Both the position numbers and the translations under genes were made by a program. This document shows positions 41,601 to 54,121 of a stretch of DNA of 64,000 bases, one piece after another. This DNA is from Lama guanicoe (lineage: Eukaryota), in NCBI GenBank assembly GCA_013239625.1, contig MU053934.1:3676399-3740398 (forward strand). Direction: 5' to 3'. Each line of letters begins with the position of its first letter. The first letter of the stretch is position 1. The notes under the pieces were generated by a model. It was not told where the DNA came from, did no database searches, and saw nothing but the letters and a program-made list of their open reading frames with translations.

Positions 41601-42974
41601 GGTCTGAGGAGTGGGGACAGGCTGGGCTCAAACGTGGAGCAGCCCCCGTGCTTCCAAGACCTGCTTCCATAACTGCAAGATGAGGGTGGGCGCAATGCCT
41701 CCCGGGGTTCTGGTGGGGGCCAGTGACAGCTGGCGCCACGGGTCTCCGGGTTCCCAGGAAGGTGGGCCTGAGGCGCTCTGCCCCTTACAGGGGCCTTGTA
41801 CACAAGCAGCAGGCCCCATAAAGACTTGCAGAATAATGAATAGTGAATACACGAATGCCTGAGTGCGGGAGAAGCGGGGCTCAAACTGGTCCTAGCCCAG
41901 GCCGATTTCTGTCCTGAGGATGTTGTGAGCCACAGCACTGTCAGCCTCCCTGGGACCTGCCGGCAGGATGCAGAGCCCCACTCAGACTGTGGTCCACAGT
42001 CACCAACTTCCCTTTAGGGCCCCGTCCACATTCCCACTTGTCTCTCTCTCTCTTTCTCTCGCTAACTCCCCTGCCCGCTTTTTAATGAAACCATTGATTA
42101 ATTATGGACCCTTCTGGTCTCCCTCACATTCCTCTTGGACCAAGGCAGAGAGAACACCCAGAGGAATCTAGGAAGGGTTCTTCTTGTTATAAGATTCGGT
42201 TCAACCTCTGGAATCGGGGTAGGGACAGGGCCTGGCCCCCAGTAGCTGGGAGGAATCGGGTTGTAGACATCAGAAGCTGTAAGCGGGTGACCCAGTCCCT
42301 GGGGAGGAGGTGGCAGAGCCCGCTGGTTAAAAGCATGACATAATCCTGGGCGTGCTTAGCCTCCCTGTGCCTCAGTTTCCACATCTGTAAAGTGAGGGAG
42401 AATTATAGCACCCCCTCCTGGAGGTTATTGTGATCTAGGAAAAGTGCTTAGAACCCCTGGTACACAATGATTCCTTTAGCAAACATTTATGGAACACTTT
42501 CTAGGGGCCCCCAAACTACATCAGTGAACTATAATGCAAGTGCAGACTCCAGTTGAGGGAAACAAACAAACCCCCATAAGTTAACTGTATATGGAAGTCA
42601 AGTGGGGCAAGGGGTGTCAGGAGTAGAGGGAAGGGTGGCTCACAGTTTTAAGCAGCGTGATTAAGACTGGCCTCACTGAATGAAGACCTGAGCTTTTGTG
42701 GGTAGTTGGGCATATGGGTATCTGGGAAAGAACATTCCAGACAGAGGGAGCAGTCAGGGCACAGGCCCTAAGGTGGGAGCTTGCCTGGGGCGTTGGAGGG
42801 ACAGGAGCAGTGAGGGAGGGGGCCTGAGAATGGCCTGAGGGGCCAGACAGGAGCTAGGAGACCAGTGAGGCAGTGGCTGAGGTAATTCAGAGGACAGGTG
42901 GTGGCAGCGATGGCCAGGGTGGTCCCAGTGTTGCTGTGAGAGGTAGGCAGATTCCTGGCTGTGTTTGTTTCTCC

Positions 42975-44097
42975 TTTTTAAAAATTAATATTTTTGACAG
43001 CTTTATTGAGGTATAGTTGACATACAATAAACAGCACATATTTAAAATGTGCCCTTTGATGAGTTTTGACCCATCTGCATACATGCATGGAACCATCACC
43101 ACAGTCAAGAAAATAAAATATGCATCACCCCAAACTTTCCTCCTGTCCCTTGGTCCATCCCTCCTCTCTCTGCCCCAACCCCATCCCCAGGCAACCAAGA
43201 TCTGTTTCAATCACTGGAGATTAATTCACATTTTCTAGAGTTGTATCTAAATGGAATCATATAGTATGTACTCTTTTTTTTTTTGGCTTGGCTTCTTTCA
43301 CTCGGCGTAATTGTTTTGAGTTTATCCATGTCGTTGTGCGTATCAATAGTTTATCCTTTTTATTACTGAAGAATATTCCATTGTATGGATAGACCACAAT
43401 ACGTTTATCTCTTCACCTGTTGATGGACATTTGGCTTGTTTCCAAATTTTGTCTATTACAAATAAAGCTACTGTGAACATTCATGTACAAGCCGTTGTGT
43501 ACATATGCCTTCATCTGTAGCTAAGAGTGGAATGTATGGGTTGTATGCTAGGTGTATATTTAACTTTTTAAGAAACTTTCAAATTATTTTCCAAAGTGAT
43601 TTTTACCACTTTACGTTCCCACCAGCAGTGCATGAGAGTTCTACTTGCTCCACAGCCTGGACAGCACTTGGCATGGTCAGTCTTTTTAATTTTAGCCATC
43701 TAATAAATGTGTAGTGGTTTTAATTTGCATCTCCCTGATGACGAATCATCCTGAACACCTTTTCATGTACTTATTTTCCATTTGTATATCTTCTTTGGTG
43801 AAGTGTCTTTTCAAATCTTTCCCCCATTTTTAAAATGAGGTTGTTTATTTTCTTATTATTGCGTATTGAGAGTTCTTTATTTATTCTAATTACAGTTCTT
43901 TGTTAGATGTACAATTTGCAAATATTTTCCCCCCAATTTTTGGTTCGTCTTTTCATTCTTTTAACGGTGTCTCTAGAAGAGCAAAATTTTTAAATTTTGA
44001 AGAATTCCAATCTATTTTTTTTTCTTTTATGGGTTGTGCATTTAATGTTGTATCTAGGAAATCTTTGCCTGATGAGAGTCCCAAAGATTTTCTCATA

Positions 44098-44131
<34 letters not shown>

Positions 44132-46215
44132 AATTTTTTTCATTTTTTTAAATGGCGGTACTAGGGTCCCCAGGACCTCATGCATGCTAATCATGCACCT
44201 TACCACTGAGTTACATACCTCCACCCTATATTTTCTTCTATAAGTTTAAAAGTTTCAGATTTTTACATTTAGGTTTGTGATCTGCTTGGAGGTGTTGGAT
44301 TTTTTTTTGCATATTGTGTGAGGTAAGTGTCAAGATTCTTGTCTTTTGCACCTTTGTTGAAAATCAATTGACCATATGTGTGGATCTATTCTTGGGCTAT
44401 TTTTCCTTTGATCTGTATGTCTTTTTTTCCCTTTTCTTTAAATTGAAGTATAGTCAGTTTACAATGTTGTGTCAATTTCTGATATACCCCATAATGGTTC
44501 AGTCATACATATTCATACATATATTCCTTTTCATCTTCTTTTTCATTGTAGGCTACTACAAGATATTGAATAAAGTTCCTTGTGCTATACAGTAGAAATT
44601 TATTGTTTATATATTTGATATATAATAGCTCTATGTCTTTCTTTATGCTAGTACCACACTGTCTTGATTACTGTAGCCTTATAATAATTCTTGAGATCAG
44701 GCAGTGTAATTCCTCTGACTTTTTTTTCCTTAAAATTGTTTCGACTATTCTAAATCCTTTGCATTTCCATAAAAATTTTAGAATCAGTTTGTTAATGTCT
44801 CCAAAATAGCTTGTTGGGATTTTTACTAGGATTGAATTAAACCTATAGAGCAAATTGTGTGTGTCGGGGGGAACTGATAGCCTAACAATGTTGTGTTATA
44901 TCTCTCCACGTATTTATGTCTTCTTTAATTTCTCTCAGCAATGTTTTATAGGTTTCATTTTTTTTGTCCAATTTATCCCTATTTTGTATTTTTATGCTAT
45001 ATTAAGTGATAAACTTAAAAAACACTTTTTGGTTTGAAATAATTTTAGACTTACAGCAGAGTTGTAAAGACAGTACAAAGAGTCCCTGTATATCCTTCAC
45101 CCAGCTTCCTCTAATGTCCTTTTTTTGTTCCAGGATCTAAGCCAGGACCCAAGCCAGGATTCCACACTGCATTCAGTTGTCATGTCTCCTTAATCTCCTC
45201 CCATCTGTGACAGTTCCTTAGGAGTCTTTCCTTGTGTTTCACGACCTTGACATTTTTGTAAGAGTACTGGTCAGGCATTTTGTAGACCATCCCTCAATTT
45301 GGCTCTTTCTGATATTTTCTCATTATTAATCTGAAGGTATGAATTTGGGGGAAGAACACTACATAGAGGATGTGCTCTTCTTAGTGAATCATATTAGGGG
45401 GAACATGATATTGATATGCCTTATTAATGGTGGTGTCAACTCGGACCACTTAGTTAAGGTTGTGTTTCCCATGTTTCTCAACTGTAAAGATATTATTTTG
45501 CATTTTCATAGTCTGTCTGTTGGAATTGAGTCACTAAGTCTGGTTCACAATCAAGGAGAGGAAATTAAGCTCCACTTCCAGCACCACAGGGTTTACTCTA
45601 GGCTTTCCCCATTACTTATTTGTAATTTCTTTCTCTAACAAAAATATGGCTCTCATATATTTATAGTATATTTACCTATTTGTTCAAACTTAGAGTACAC
45701 GTAAAATGGCCTCAGAATTGCCAACCCATGCCTTGAGAGAAACAAATTTGCCAACTAATATACAGTATTTGTTTATAGTTCCTTTTGTCTCTCTTGCTTT
45801 AAAGAACCTAGTAAAAACACCATTGTACAAAGTTATTTAGATCAGGTCTTTTCTACCCTCTTCAGTGTCATTCTAGTATGCATTTGTAATATAAATTTAT
45901 CCCTAAGTATTTTATGTTTTTTTTAAATGATATGTAAAAATTTTAAATTTCTGACTGCTTTTGCTAGTTTGTAAAAATACATATATATATTTGTATATTG
46001 ATGTTGTATTTTGAAACCTTGCTATACTCACTGATTTTTTATAGTAGCTTCTTAAAAATATTATTTAGGATTTTCCATATAGATGATAATGTTGACTGTG
46101 GATAAGGTAGTGATACTTCTTCCTTTCCAATCTATGTGCCTTTTATTTCATTTTCTTGCTTTATTGCATTGGTTAGCACTTCTAGTATAACGCTGAATAG
46201 AAGTGAGATTGGACA
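42975..46215 (-). mobile_element. Old L1 (L1M-type), ~3.2 kb, with nested SINE and L1 insertions
   Basis: AT/T-rich block starting ctttattgaggtatagttgacatacaataaa. Decayed ORF2-like peptide [42 protein letters not shown] (44668-44853, minus). Confidence 0.85.
44098..44228 (-). mobile_element. Vic-1-like SINE with (TC)n(TA)n tail, nested in an L1
   Basis: ccaggacctcatgcatgctaatcatgcaccttaccactgagttacatacc. Confidence 0.75.
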
Positions 46216-46505
46216 TTCTGGATATGTTTTGAAGATAGAGCTAAGATAACTCCCTAAAGGACTGGAGTTTAGTGATTATTATGAACACTGACTTTCTTCT
46301 GCCAGAGAAATAGTTGGTGCCCACATAAGGGATCTGAAGCCCCAGCAGGGTTGGTGGGGATGGTTTGTGGGGGAGCAGGAATGGTCAGAGTGTTGTAGGG
46401 AGGCACCTGCTTAGCAGAGGTGAGAGGTGGGTGAACAGGAGACTTTCCCATGCATCTTCCTTCTTCCAGTTTGGGCTTAAATGTGAAGGGACTAAGAGGA
46501 TTCCA

Positions 46506-46548
46506 TTTGTTTTGTTTTGTTTTATTTTGTTTTGTTTTGTTTTGTTTT
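46506..46548. repeat. (TTTTG)n pentamer repeat
   Basis: About 8 units. Confidence 0.95.
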
Positions 46549-47479
46549 AGGAGCGAAGACAGGCTAAATTTCGTTTTGGGATCAGCTCCCAAGTAGATCA
46601 TTTAGCACTCCTCTGTCCCATAATCCTGGATTCCTAATTTTGGGTGTCCATCCCAAAGCAGTTGAGCAGGCAGGAATGATTCCTGGGTTTGGAGTATGGA
46701 GACTTGGGTTGGAATCCTGGCTCTGTAAAGGCCAGCTGTGTGATCCAAGGGGAATCCCAGCCTCAGTTTCCTATCTGTGGGGATTAAGATATGAAGCTCA
46801 GGGTGGTTGTGAGTACCACAATCACCACAACCACAACAGTAGTAATAATACCTAATGGCCATACCTAAGTTTCTAAGCACCTCATCTTCCCAGGTACCCT
46901 GTGAGATAGGTATTATATTATCCCCACATTAATAATGAAGAAGCTGTGGTAAAGTGGTGAAGGAAGGCGTCTGATTCCTGACCTCTGCTGGGAACTCTGT
47001 CATGCGTGTGCTGCGCCCTCAGTTCAAGCATCACCTCCTCCTGGAACTCTCCCCTGACTGTCCTCTCTACTACCTGCCCTGCACCAGCAGTGTCAGGCCC
47101 ACTTCCCTGAGCTCCCACACACCCATCACTTGTGTTTCCCCAAATCAGGGACTATGTCTGGCTTATCCTCATAGCCCAGCATCTAGTGAGGGACCAGCAG
47201 CCACTAGGTCATCAGCGAATGAATCCTTTGCCCTGAACATAAGGCTCGGGCAGCAGCCTTGGTCGCCATCTTGTAGACCCAATTGTGGCTCACGCCACAC
47301 CCTTGGGGGGTCACTAAGAAGGCCTCTGACCATAAGGCTGTGACTCCAGATGAAGCCCCTGGCCTGAAGGCATCTTGGAGCCCACTCCTCCGCCCTCTGC
47401 CCCACAGCCAGCCAGCCCCAGGATGCTCCAGGAAGTGCTGTGCATGACACCCACCCCCACCCGCCACCTCCCAGAGAAG

Positions 47480-47860
47480 GGACCATTGTGTCCGAAGGGT
47501 TAACAAGGGATGCGAGGAAGGGGCCCTTTAGCCATGATGCCCTCTGACCTTTCATAAATCAGAGGGGCTGAGGGACGAGGGGGCTGCTTGGCAGGACTTG
47601 GTGGGGTGGGGGCTTAGAAGCAGCTGCGCGCGACGTTGACATTGTTCCCACCATTCTAAGTGCAACAAATCCCTCTATTGTGTTCCTGGTTTATCTGGTT
47701 CCTCTTGTTTATTAGCAGGGCTCCTTTGGCAGCGGTTCCAGCCCTGGGCGGGTGGAAAGAGTGCTGGCACGCACCGTGGGGGGAGGGGGCGGGGAGGGGG
47801 CCGTCGTCAATGCCCGCATTGTCCCCGCGCTTTAAGTTGGGGAGGGAAGAGAAGGGCAGA
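47480..47860. promoter_or_regulatory. Candidate SOX10 distal neural-crest enhancer (probably U3/MCS4)
   Basis: CATTGTT 47640-47646, inverted SOX pairs at 47665-47681 and 47807-47822, forkhead TGTTTAT 47706-47712, GC boxes, local CpG enrichment. Confidence 0.7.
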
Positions 47861-48771
47861 AAAGAACGAGGGAGCAAGGGCCCTGGTGTAGATTGATGTC
47901 TGGGCTTGGGCGGATGTGCCGGCAGCTGGGCGGCCGGTGGATGGAGCCAGGCTGGGGTGCCTGGGGGGCGGCGGCACGAGGGGCCATCCAGCCCCCAACC
48001 CCAGCCTCTGCCGCCTGGCACCATGTTCCCCCACCATCCTCCAACTCCCCTGGGGCAGCTGTGAGGCTGAGCGAGTGGGGCAGGTGCCAGGGTCTGGGGT
48101 CTGCATCCTGATGTGCCCCTTGCCTGGCTGTGCCACCCAAGGCAGGCTGCTTAGCCTCTCTGAGTCTTGGTGTTCAAGGTTTACAAAATGGGGATGCTGG
48201 GGAGGAAAGGCTGCTTTAGCATTTTGAAAACAGTGATGTGTCCTTCCAGTCCTTGGTGTTTACTTCTGAGCCTGGGACAGAGTGGGGACTCACACTGGGA
48301 CTGAGAGCCTGGCCCTAAAGTGACAGTGCCCAATGCCAGCTTGGCAAGGTGGGCCTCATCTCCTATCTACACCTGGTCCAGACAAAGTAGAGGGCCAGTG
48401 AGGGGAGCCTGCGCAGGTCAGGGTGGAGCTCTGATCCCACCTGGCTGGGCTGGGTTTCTCCCTTGTCAGATGGTGGGACTCTCAGCATTCCAGGTCTGGC
48501 CAAATGGGCTGTACCTAGGGGGCTGCTGGGTTGGGAGGAAGAGCTCAGAGTACCTGAATGAGGCGTGAGGCCCCTTTGACATTTTGGGACTGGACAAGCC
48601 CTCTGAGGCCATGGGCTTCTCCCCGCTGCTTCCTGCAGGCTTCTCCATAGCACCAGCCAACAAGTCACCCGCCTCTGCTGGCTCACCTCCAGTGACACAG
48701 AGCTCAAGTCAGGCCTCTGCACGCCGCTGGTTCTGTCCTGGCTCGGCCCAGAATTTTGGGAAGTTCTTTCT

Positions 48772-48830
48772 TTTTTTTATAGAGAAAAATTTTATATTTA
48801 GAAGCTAGCTGGACTCAGTTTAGATGATCA
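48772..48830 (-). pseudogene. RPL23A: Extremely 5'-truncated processed pseudogene of RPL23A
   Basis: Minus strand G ATC ATC TAA actgagtccagctagcttctaaatata...poly-A, matching my recollection of the RPL23A end (..KIGII-stop plus 3' UTR). TSD ggaagttctttct (48759-48771) / ggaaattctttct (48831-48843). Confidence 0.75.
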
Positions 48831-49276
48831 GGAAATTCTTTCTGAAATCTATCTCCCTATAGCTTCTGCCTTTCAGTTTCAGTTCTATTCATTGGAACCA
48901 CATGGAAAAAGTTAAGCCTCCCTGAGAATCGGTTTCCTTACCTGTAAAATGAGAAGGATAGTCCCTGCCCTCCTGCCACGTAGAAAAGGCTGTCAAGTGG
49001 CTCTTGTGGAAAGTTCTCTAGATCTTCCTAGGCTTCAGTTAGGGCTACCTGTCCTTGGGGAAGGAAGGTGAGGACCATTCCTAATTTGAATAAAGGTAGA
49101 GATTTCTGAGAGGATTGGCTCAGGGGAAGGCCTCACGCTCTGCCCAGGATCAGGACTAGGCTGCAGGGTCAGGGCTCAGGCTGTATCTGGGGTAAGAGTT
49201 CATTCTGGGAGGGGGTCAGGGCTCAGTCTGGGCTCAAGATCAGGGCTCAAGCTTGGGCCAGATCAAGGGTTCACTC

Positions 49277-49474
49277 CCTTTTTTTTTCTAAAAAGTTTTA
49301 TTTTCTTCTGATGAGAACTTTGTTTCTTTTATTTATCTTTATTTATTTTCTTTGAGTATAGATAATAAGGTTTGTTTGTTTGTTTATTATTTTTTAATGG
49401 AAGTACTGGGGATTGAACCCAGGACCTCGTGCATGCTAAGCACCCACTCTACCACTAAGATATACCCTCCCCTC
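49277..49474 (-). mobile_element. Vic-1-like SINE with 13-bp TSD
   Basis: SINE body 49395-49474. Flanks caagggttcactc (49264-49276) and caagggttcattc (49475-49487). Confidence 0.85.
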
Positions 49475-52400
49475 CAAGGGTTCATTCTGGGGTCAAGGTC
49501 GGGATCATGTGGTTTGGAACAGGGCTCAGTTTATAGACAGTGTCTGCGATAGTTCATTCTGGAGTTAGGGTGACATCTCAGTCCGGGGCCAGGGCTCAGT
49601 TTGTGACCAGGGTTCATTTTTGGTGTCAGGATTAGGATCCAGTTTGTGGCCAAGATCAAGGTTTATTAGCATTGATTTGAGGCTTAAAGTCAGACTTCAG
49701 TCTGGGGTCAGGGTCAGGGTCAGGCCTGAGGCCCAGACTGGGGTTGAGTCTCAGGCTATCACCCAGGTTTGATGGATAATCTCTAACTGGAATCGAGGCT
49801 CCATCGGTGGCTGGTTTAGGCTTAGGGCTCAGCTGTCATGTGGGTCAGGGCTCGGAGGTGGTTTTTGACTACTAGGTGACATCATTTGGGGCTGAACTCC
49901 TGAATGGGCTTGTTTTTTTTTGCATCTTGCTCCCTAATGGCTCAGCTCACCCAGGTTTTTCAGGGCAGACCCCAATCTCCAGAAGCTGTCCCCAGGGCTG
50001 GTAGCACCGGGTGGGCCACGAGAGCACCGTAGGGAGGCAGCAGCTCTCCAGGCAGCCCATGGGAGGAGACCAGGGGGTGGTGTGTGTGAGCAAGGGGGGC
50101 TGGGGGTCAGATATGGGGCCTGGGCAGGTGAAATCGTGATTCTCCAGGGGCATGAGAAACAAGCTACCACTCTCAGGATTTCCAGCGGATTCTTGTGGGT
50201 GGTTTGGTTGGGAAACATGGCTGATGTGGAGAAGAATGGCCAGGGTTGGGTGGGGTTGAAGAGAGTGGAACAGGAGAGAAAGAGCGATTTCGGGGGCATC
50301 TGGCGCTTCTTCCTGTGCAGACGTGCCTTGTATGGTGAATCAAGAATGTGTGTGTAGACATGTGTGCATGTATGAGTGCTGGGAAGGTGATGATGGGGAT
50401 GTTCTTGTGCCTGTGGGCATGTGTGTGTGGACGTACCTGTGTCTGGGAGTGTGATGGTGACAGCATGTGTGTTTAGGGGCGTGTGTATGGCTGTGAGTGG
50501 GGTCACGATGGCAGGATGACACTGTCCTCCACCCTCTACATCCCTTCTATCCCCAAGCTGCTGATGCCCCTTCTTCAGCCCCCAGCCTCTGCATCCCCTA
50601 GGGTTCCTGGCCATCCCACATGACTGGCATCTGAGCCCTTGACAGCCCATCAGCTGAGAGCCCGTGACCGACTGCCTGGTAGTGGGATACAGTCCAGGAG
50701 CAGCCCTGTCTGGAACAGTGCATGACCTCACCAAGGATGTTCTCAGGAGGTGGGGGGGAGTGAGACTCTCCGGTCATGGTTATGACCCTGTGGACCACGC
50801 ACCTCCCAGATCACCCAAACACAGCCTAAAACTGACACCGCTCTCAGGGACTGCTGAGGGCAATAGATCACCCCGAGGCAAACAGAGGGGAGTCTGTGGG
50901 AGGACAGTGGGGAGCCCAGAGTGGGGGCACCAGCTGAGGTCAGGCCAGTGTCAGGGAGGAGTTGGTATCCCCTCGTCACATGGGTGTGGTCCACTGCAAC
51001 CAGGGTCTTCAGTGCCTTTTTGAGAAGGTCGGGTGGGATCTGAAGGTCTCCTGCGTACCCATCCTCCCCCACCCCCCCATTGCCGCTGTTTTCTTGGTTC
51101 TTTTTTGCCATCGCCGTCCAGGGGCTGAATAGGTAGAAGATGCCCCCGGGAAGTCTCTATCCTCTCCCCTTCTCTGTGTTCTCCTTCTTGTTCTCAGCTA
51201 CTCCCCCCTGCAGCCGCTGCGGTTTCTTTCTGATCTGAGGGTTGGCTGCACATTCATTTACCTGGGGGCTGGGGGCTGGGTGATTGTAGGGTGTCATTGT
51301 CTGAAGGGACTGGAGTCCCACACCCTCGTGGGTGGCCAAGTATGAGGGCTGCTCTGTGTGTGTCACTCCTGCACCTTCGTTCAACCATTCGCTGAGCCCT
51401 ACTGTGTACCAGCACCCCTACCAAGCATCCAGGGCACAGAGGAGGGTCCTCAGGGAGCCCACTGCCACCGAGGGGGACTACAGCCAGCAAGGGAGGCCAG
51501 GCCAGGGGAGTGTCCAGCTGGGGAAAGGCAATCTTGAAATTTATTCAGGTGTGTAGATAAGGAAGAACTGGTCAGGCAGGGTGTGTGTGTTGTTGGGGAG
51601 CAGCCTAGAACTTGCTGATAAAGAGGGAACTTGGCTATGGGGCTGCCTTTGCCAAGCTCCTCCTTGGTTCAGCAAGAAGTCTGGAAGAAACAATATAGTT
51701 TGAGGAATAGACCCAGGTGGGTTGAGTTCTGTAATCTTGGAGAAGTTAATGAACCTCTCTGAGCATCAATTTCATCATCTGTTAAAGGGGTAATTTCATC
51801 TGTCTCCTGGGAGCGGTGTGAAAATGATAGTCTCGCCTCTTCCACCTATTAAATGGGGCCATAAGACTTCACTACTCCAATAGTCCAAGCAGCTGTCTCT
51901 GACTTTTGTGACTGTGTACCCCTCTCAGTGAAAATGTGGGGGCACAAAGTCCCGAATATGTACAATATTCCTCACTATCAGAATCTGTTTAGCTCCTGAG
52001 TTTGAATGGCAAGAATCAGATGCCAAGCTTGATTACCGAGGCCATTACTGAAATACATGTGGTTCCTGAATCTTGGAATAGGAAAGATATTGCAAAGAAT
52101 TTCTCAGAATCTATTCAGTTCCTTAGTCAGATCTCAAGGTATACCTGTTTGTTTATTTATTTACAAATTATATACAGGTACTACTATATTGAACATACGC
52201 AGAGTAGAAGTTTCCAAAAAATGAGAGTAAAAATTAAAATGGAAAGAAAATTTTCCTTCTGAACCCCAGGGTCATCCTGTGTTTCCCTTGGGGTGCTCTA
52301 CCCCTCTCGGAGGATTCCTGGGCTGAAATGGGGGTGTGGAGAGGGAAGGATGGTTATCCGGGAGGGTCTGAGGGAACCTAGTCATAGGAGCCATTGGTCA

Positions 52401-52614
52401 GCAACACACTTCACACAGCACCCTGTCCCACCGCCACCCTGTGCTGTGGCCCCAAAGAGAAGGAGATACGACATCTGCCTGAAGGGGTTTGGTGATGTTC
52501 ATCTTTTTCTATTATTCCGAACAGGCTACACAGAAAGAAACTGTTTCTTAAAATCTAAAAAGAACTTCCTCAAAAAACTATCTGTGCCTGGTATCTTCCC
52601 CCGCCCCCTGGTTG

Positions 52615-53165
52615 GTAAATTACACATGCCATGAAATTTGCTATGTTAACCATTTTTAACTGTACAGTTCAGCGCCATTAAGTACATTCACGACGTTGCA
52701 CAACCATCACCACCATCCCTCTCCAGCACTTTTTCATCTTCCAGATGGAAACCCTATCCATTAGACAATACCTCCTCATTTTCCCCTCACCCCACAGCCC
52801 CTGATAACCACTGTTCTATTTTCTGTCTCTATGATGTGACTATTCTAGGTATCTTATAGGAGTGGAATCTAACACTATTTTTCCTTTTGTGTCTGACTTC
52901 TTTCACCTAGTAGCATCGTGTCTTCAAGGTTCACCCATGTTGTAGCATGTATCAGAATTTCCTTCCTTTTTAAGACTGAATGATACTCCATTGTATGTAT
53001 GTTGCACAGTTTGTTTATCCATTCCTCTGTCAATGGACACTTGCGTGGGTTCCATCTTTGTGGATGAAATATGAATAATTGTGAATAATTCTGAATTATG
53101 AATAATGCTGCTGTGAACACAGGTGTACAAATACCTGTTCAAGCCCCTGCTTTCAATTCCTTGGT
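52615..53165 (-). mobile_element. L1M 3' fragment
   Basis: ORF2 C-terminal-like FTAALFII...KCPLTEEWINKLCNIHTMEYHSVLKRKEILIHATTWVNLEDTML. Confidence 0.85.
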
Positions 53166-53864
53166 GCCTTGTACAGAGACGCTCCTTTGACAGGTTTTCC
53201 CCGTGGTTGTGGGTCCAGTGATCACAGTTTTGTAAATTACAGCATGCTGTGAGGACGGTCACAGATGTACGTGGGAGCACAGGACAGTGTTATGAGGGTG
53301 CAGGACGGCAGGGAAAGGGACAAATGGGGGAAGACCACAATTTGGTGGCTGACTCGGGATTCCTCAGGCAGACCGTGTAGGGAGGGCAAAGCTCAGAGGA
53401 TGGAGGGAGGCTGGTGTGTCTGCGCAGGTGAAGCCACCTGGCTGAAGGGTAGGGTGTGGAGGAGACAGATGGGGAGAGCGGGGCAGGGCCCAGACCTTTG
53501 AGGGCGTGGTCTGATATGCTGAGGAACCCAGATTTCTCCTGGAGGGAAGAAGGAGCCAGGAAGATTCTTGGGTAAGTGAGGGAGGGGGGCCTAGGTAAGA
53601 CTCTCTCCACTCTTGAGGTCAGGCTCAACTGCTGGTGCCTCCTGGAACAGGGAAGACCCGGCAGGGAAGAGGCCTCTGCCCCACAGCAGGTTTCTCCCTT
53701 CTCCATGGTGTCCCTGACCTCTCGCCTGCCCAAGGGGTCTGGTCTCCTTTGTGGTCCTTCCCACCACTTTGAGTGGACCTGCTCCATCTGCTTGGCCTCT
53801 TCATGCTTTTCAGTCTTAGTGCCCTTTCCCAGGAAGCATCCCGGATGTGATCCCATCTCCGCAG

Positions 53865-54121
53865 ACACGCCTGCACGCACACTCACTGTTCCCACCCAAG
53901 CTCACTGGTGTGCACTCACACCCATACACAGATGTGCACTTGCACACAACCACAGCACCCACGCATGCACATGCACAACTCACCCTCTCACATGCATGCA
54001 CACATTCATCACAATACCCTCTCACTCCCACACCTACACATGCATGTGGTCACACACACACACACACACACACTCTCATCCACGTACACACATGAACACA
54101 ACACTCACACACACACACACA
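53865..54121. repeat. Degenerate CA-rich low-complexity tract
   Basis: cacac-rich with two (CA)n cores. Confidence 0.85.

Noticed and set aside
49934..51260. Minus-strand ORFs (266 aa, 122 aa) with splice-like signals
   Set aside because: No recognisable domain, CA-repeat-derived stretches and stops in neighbouring frames. A lncRNA exon cannot be excluded but is unsupported.
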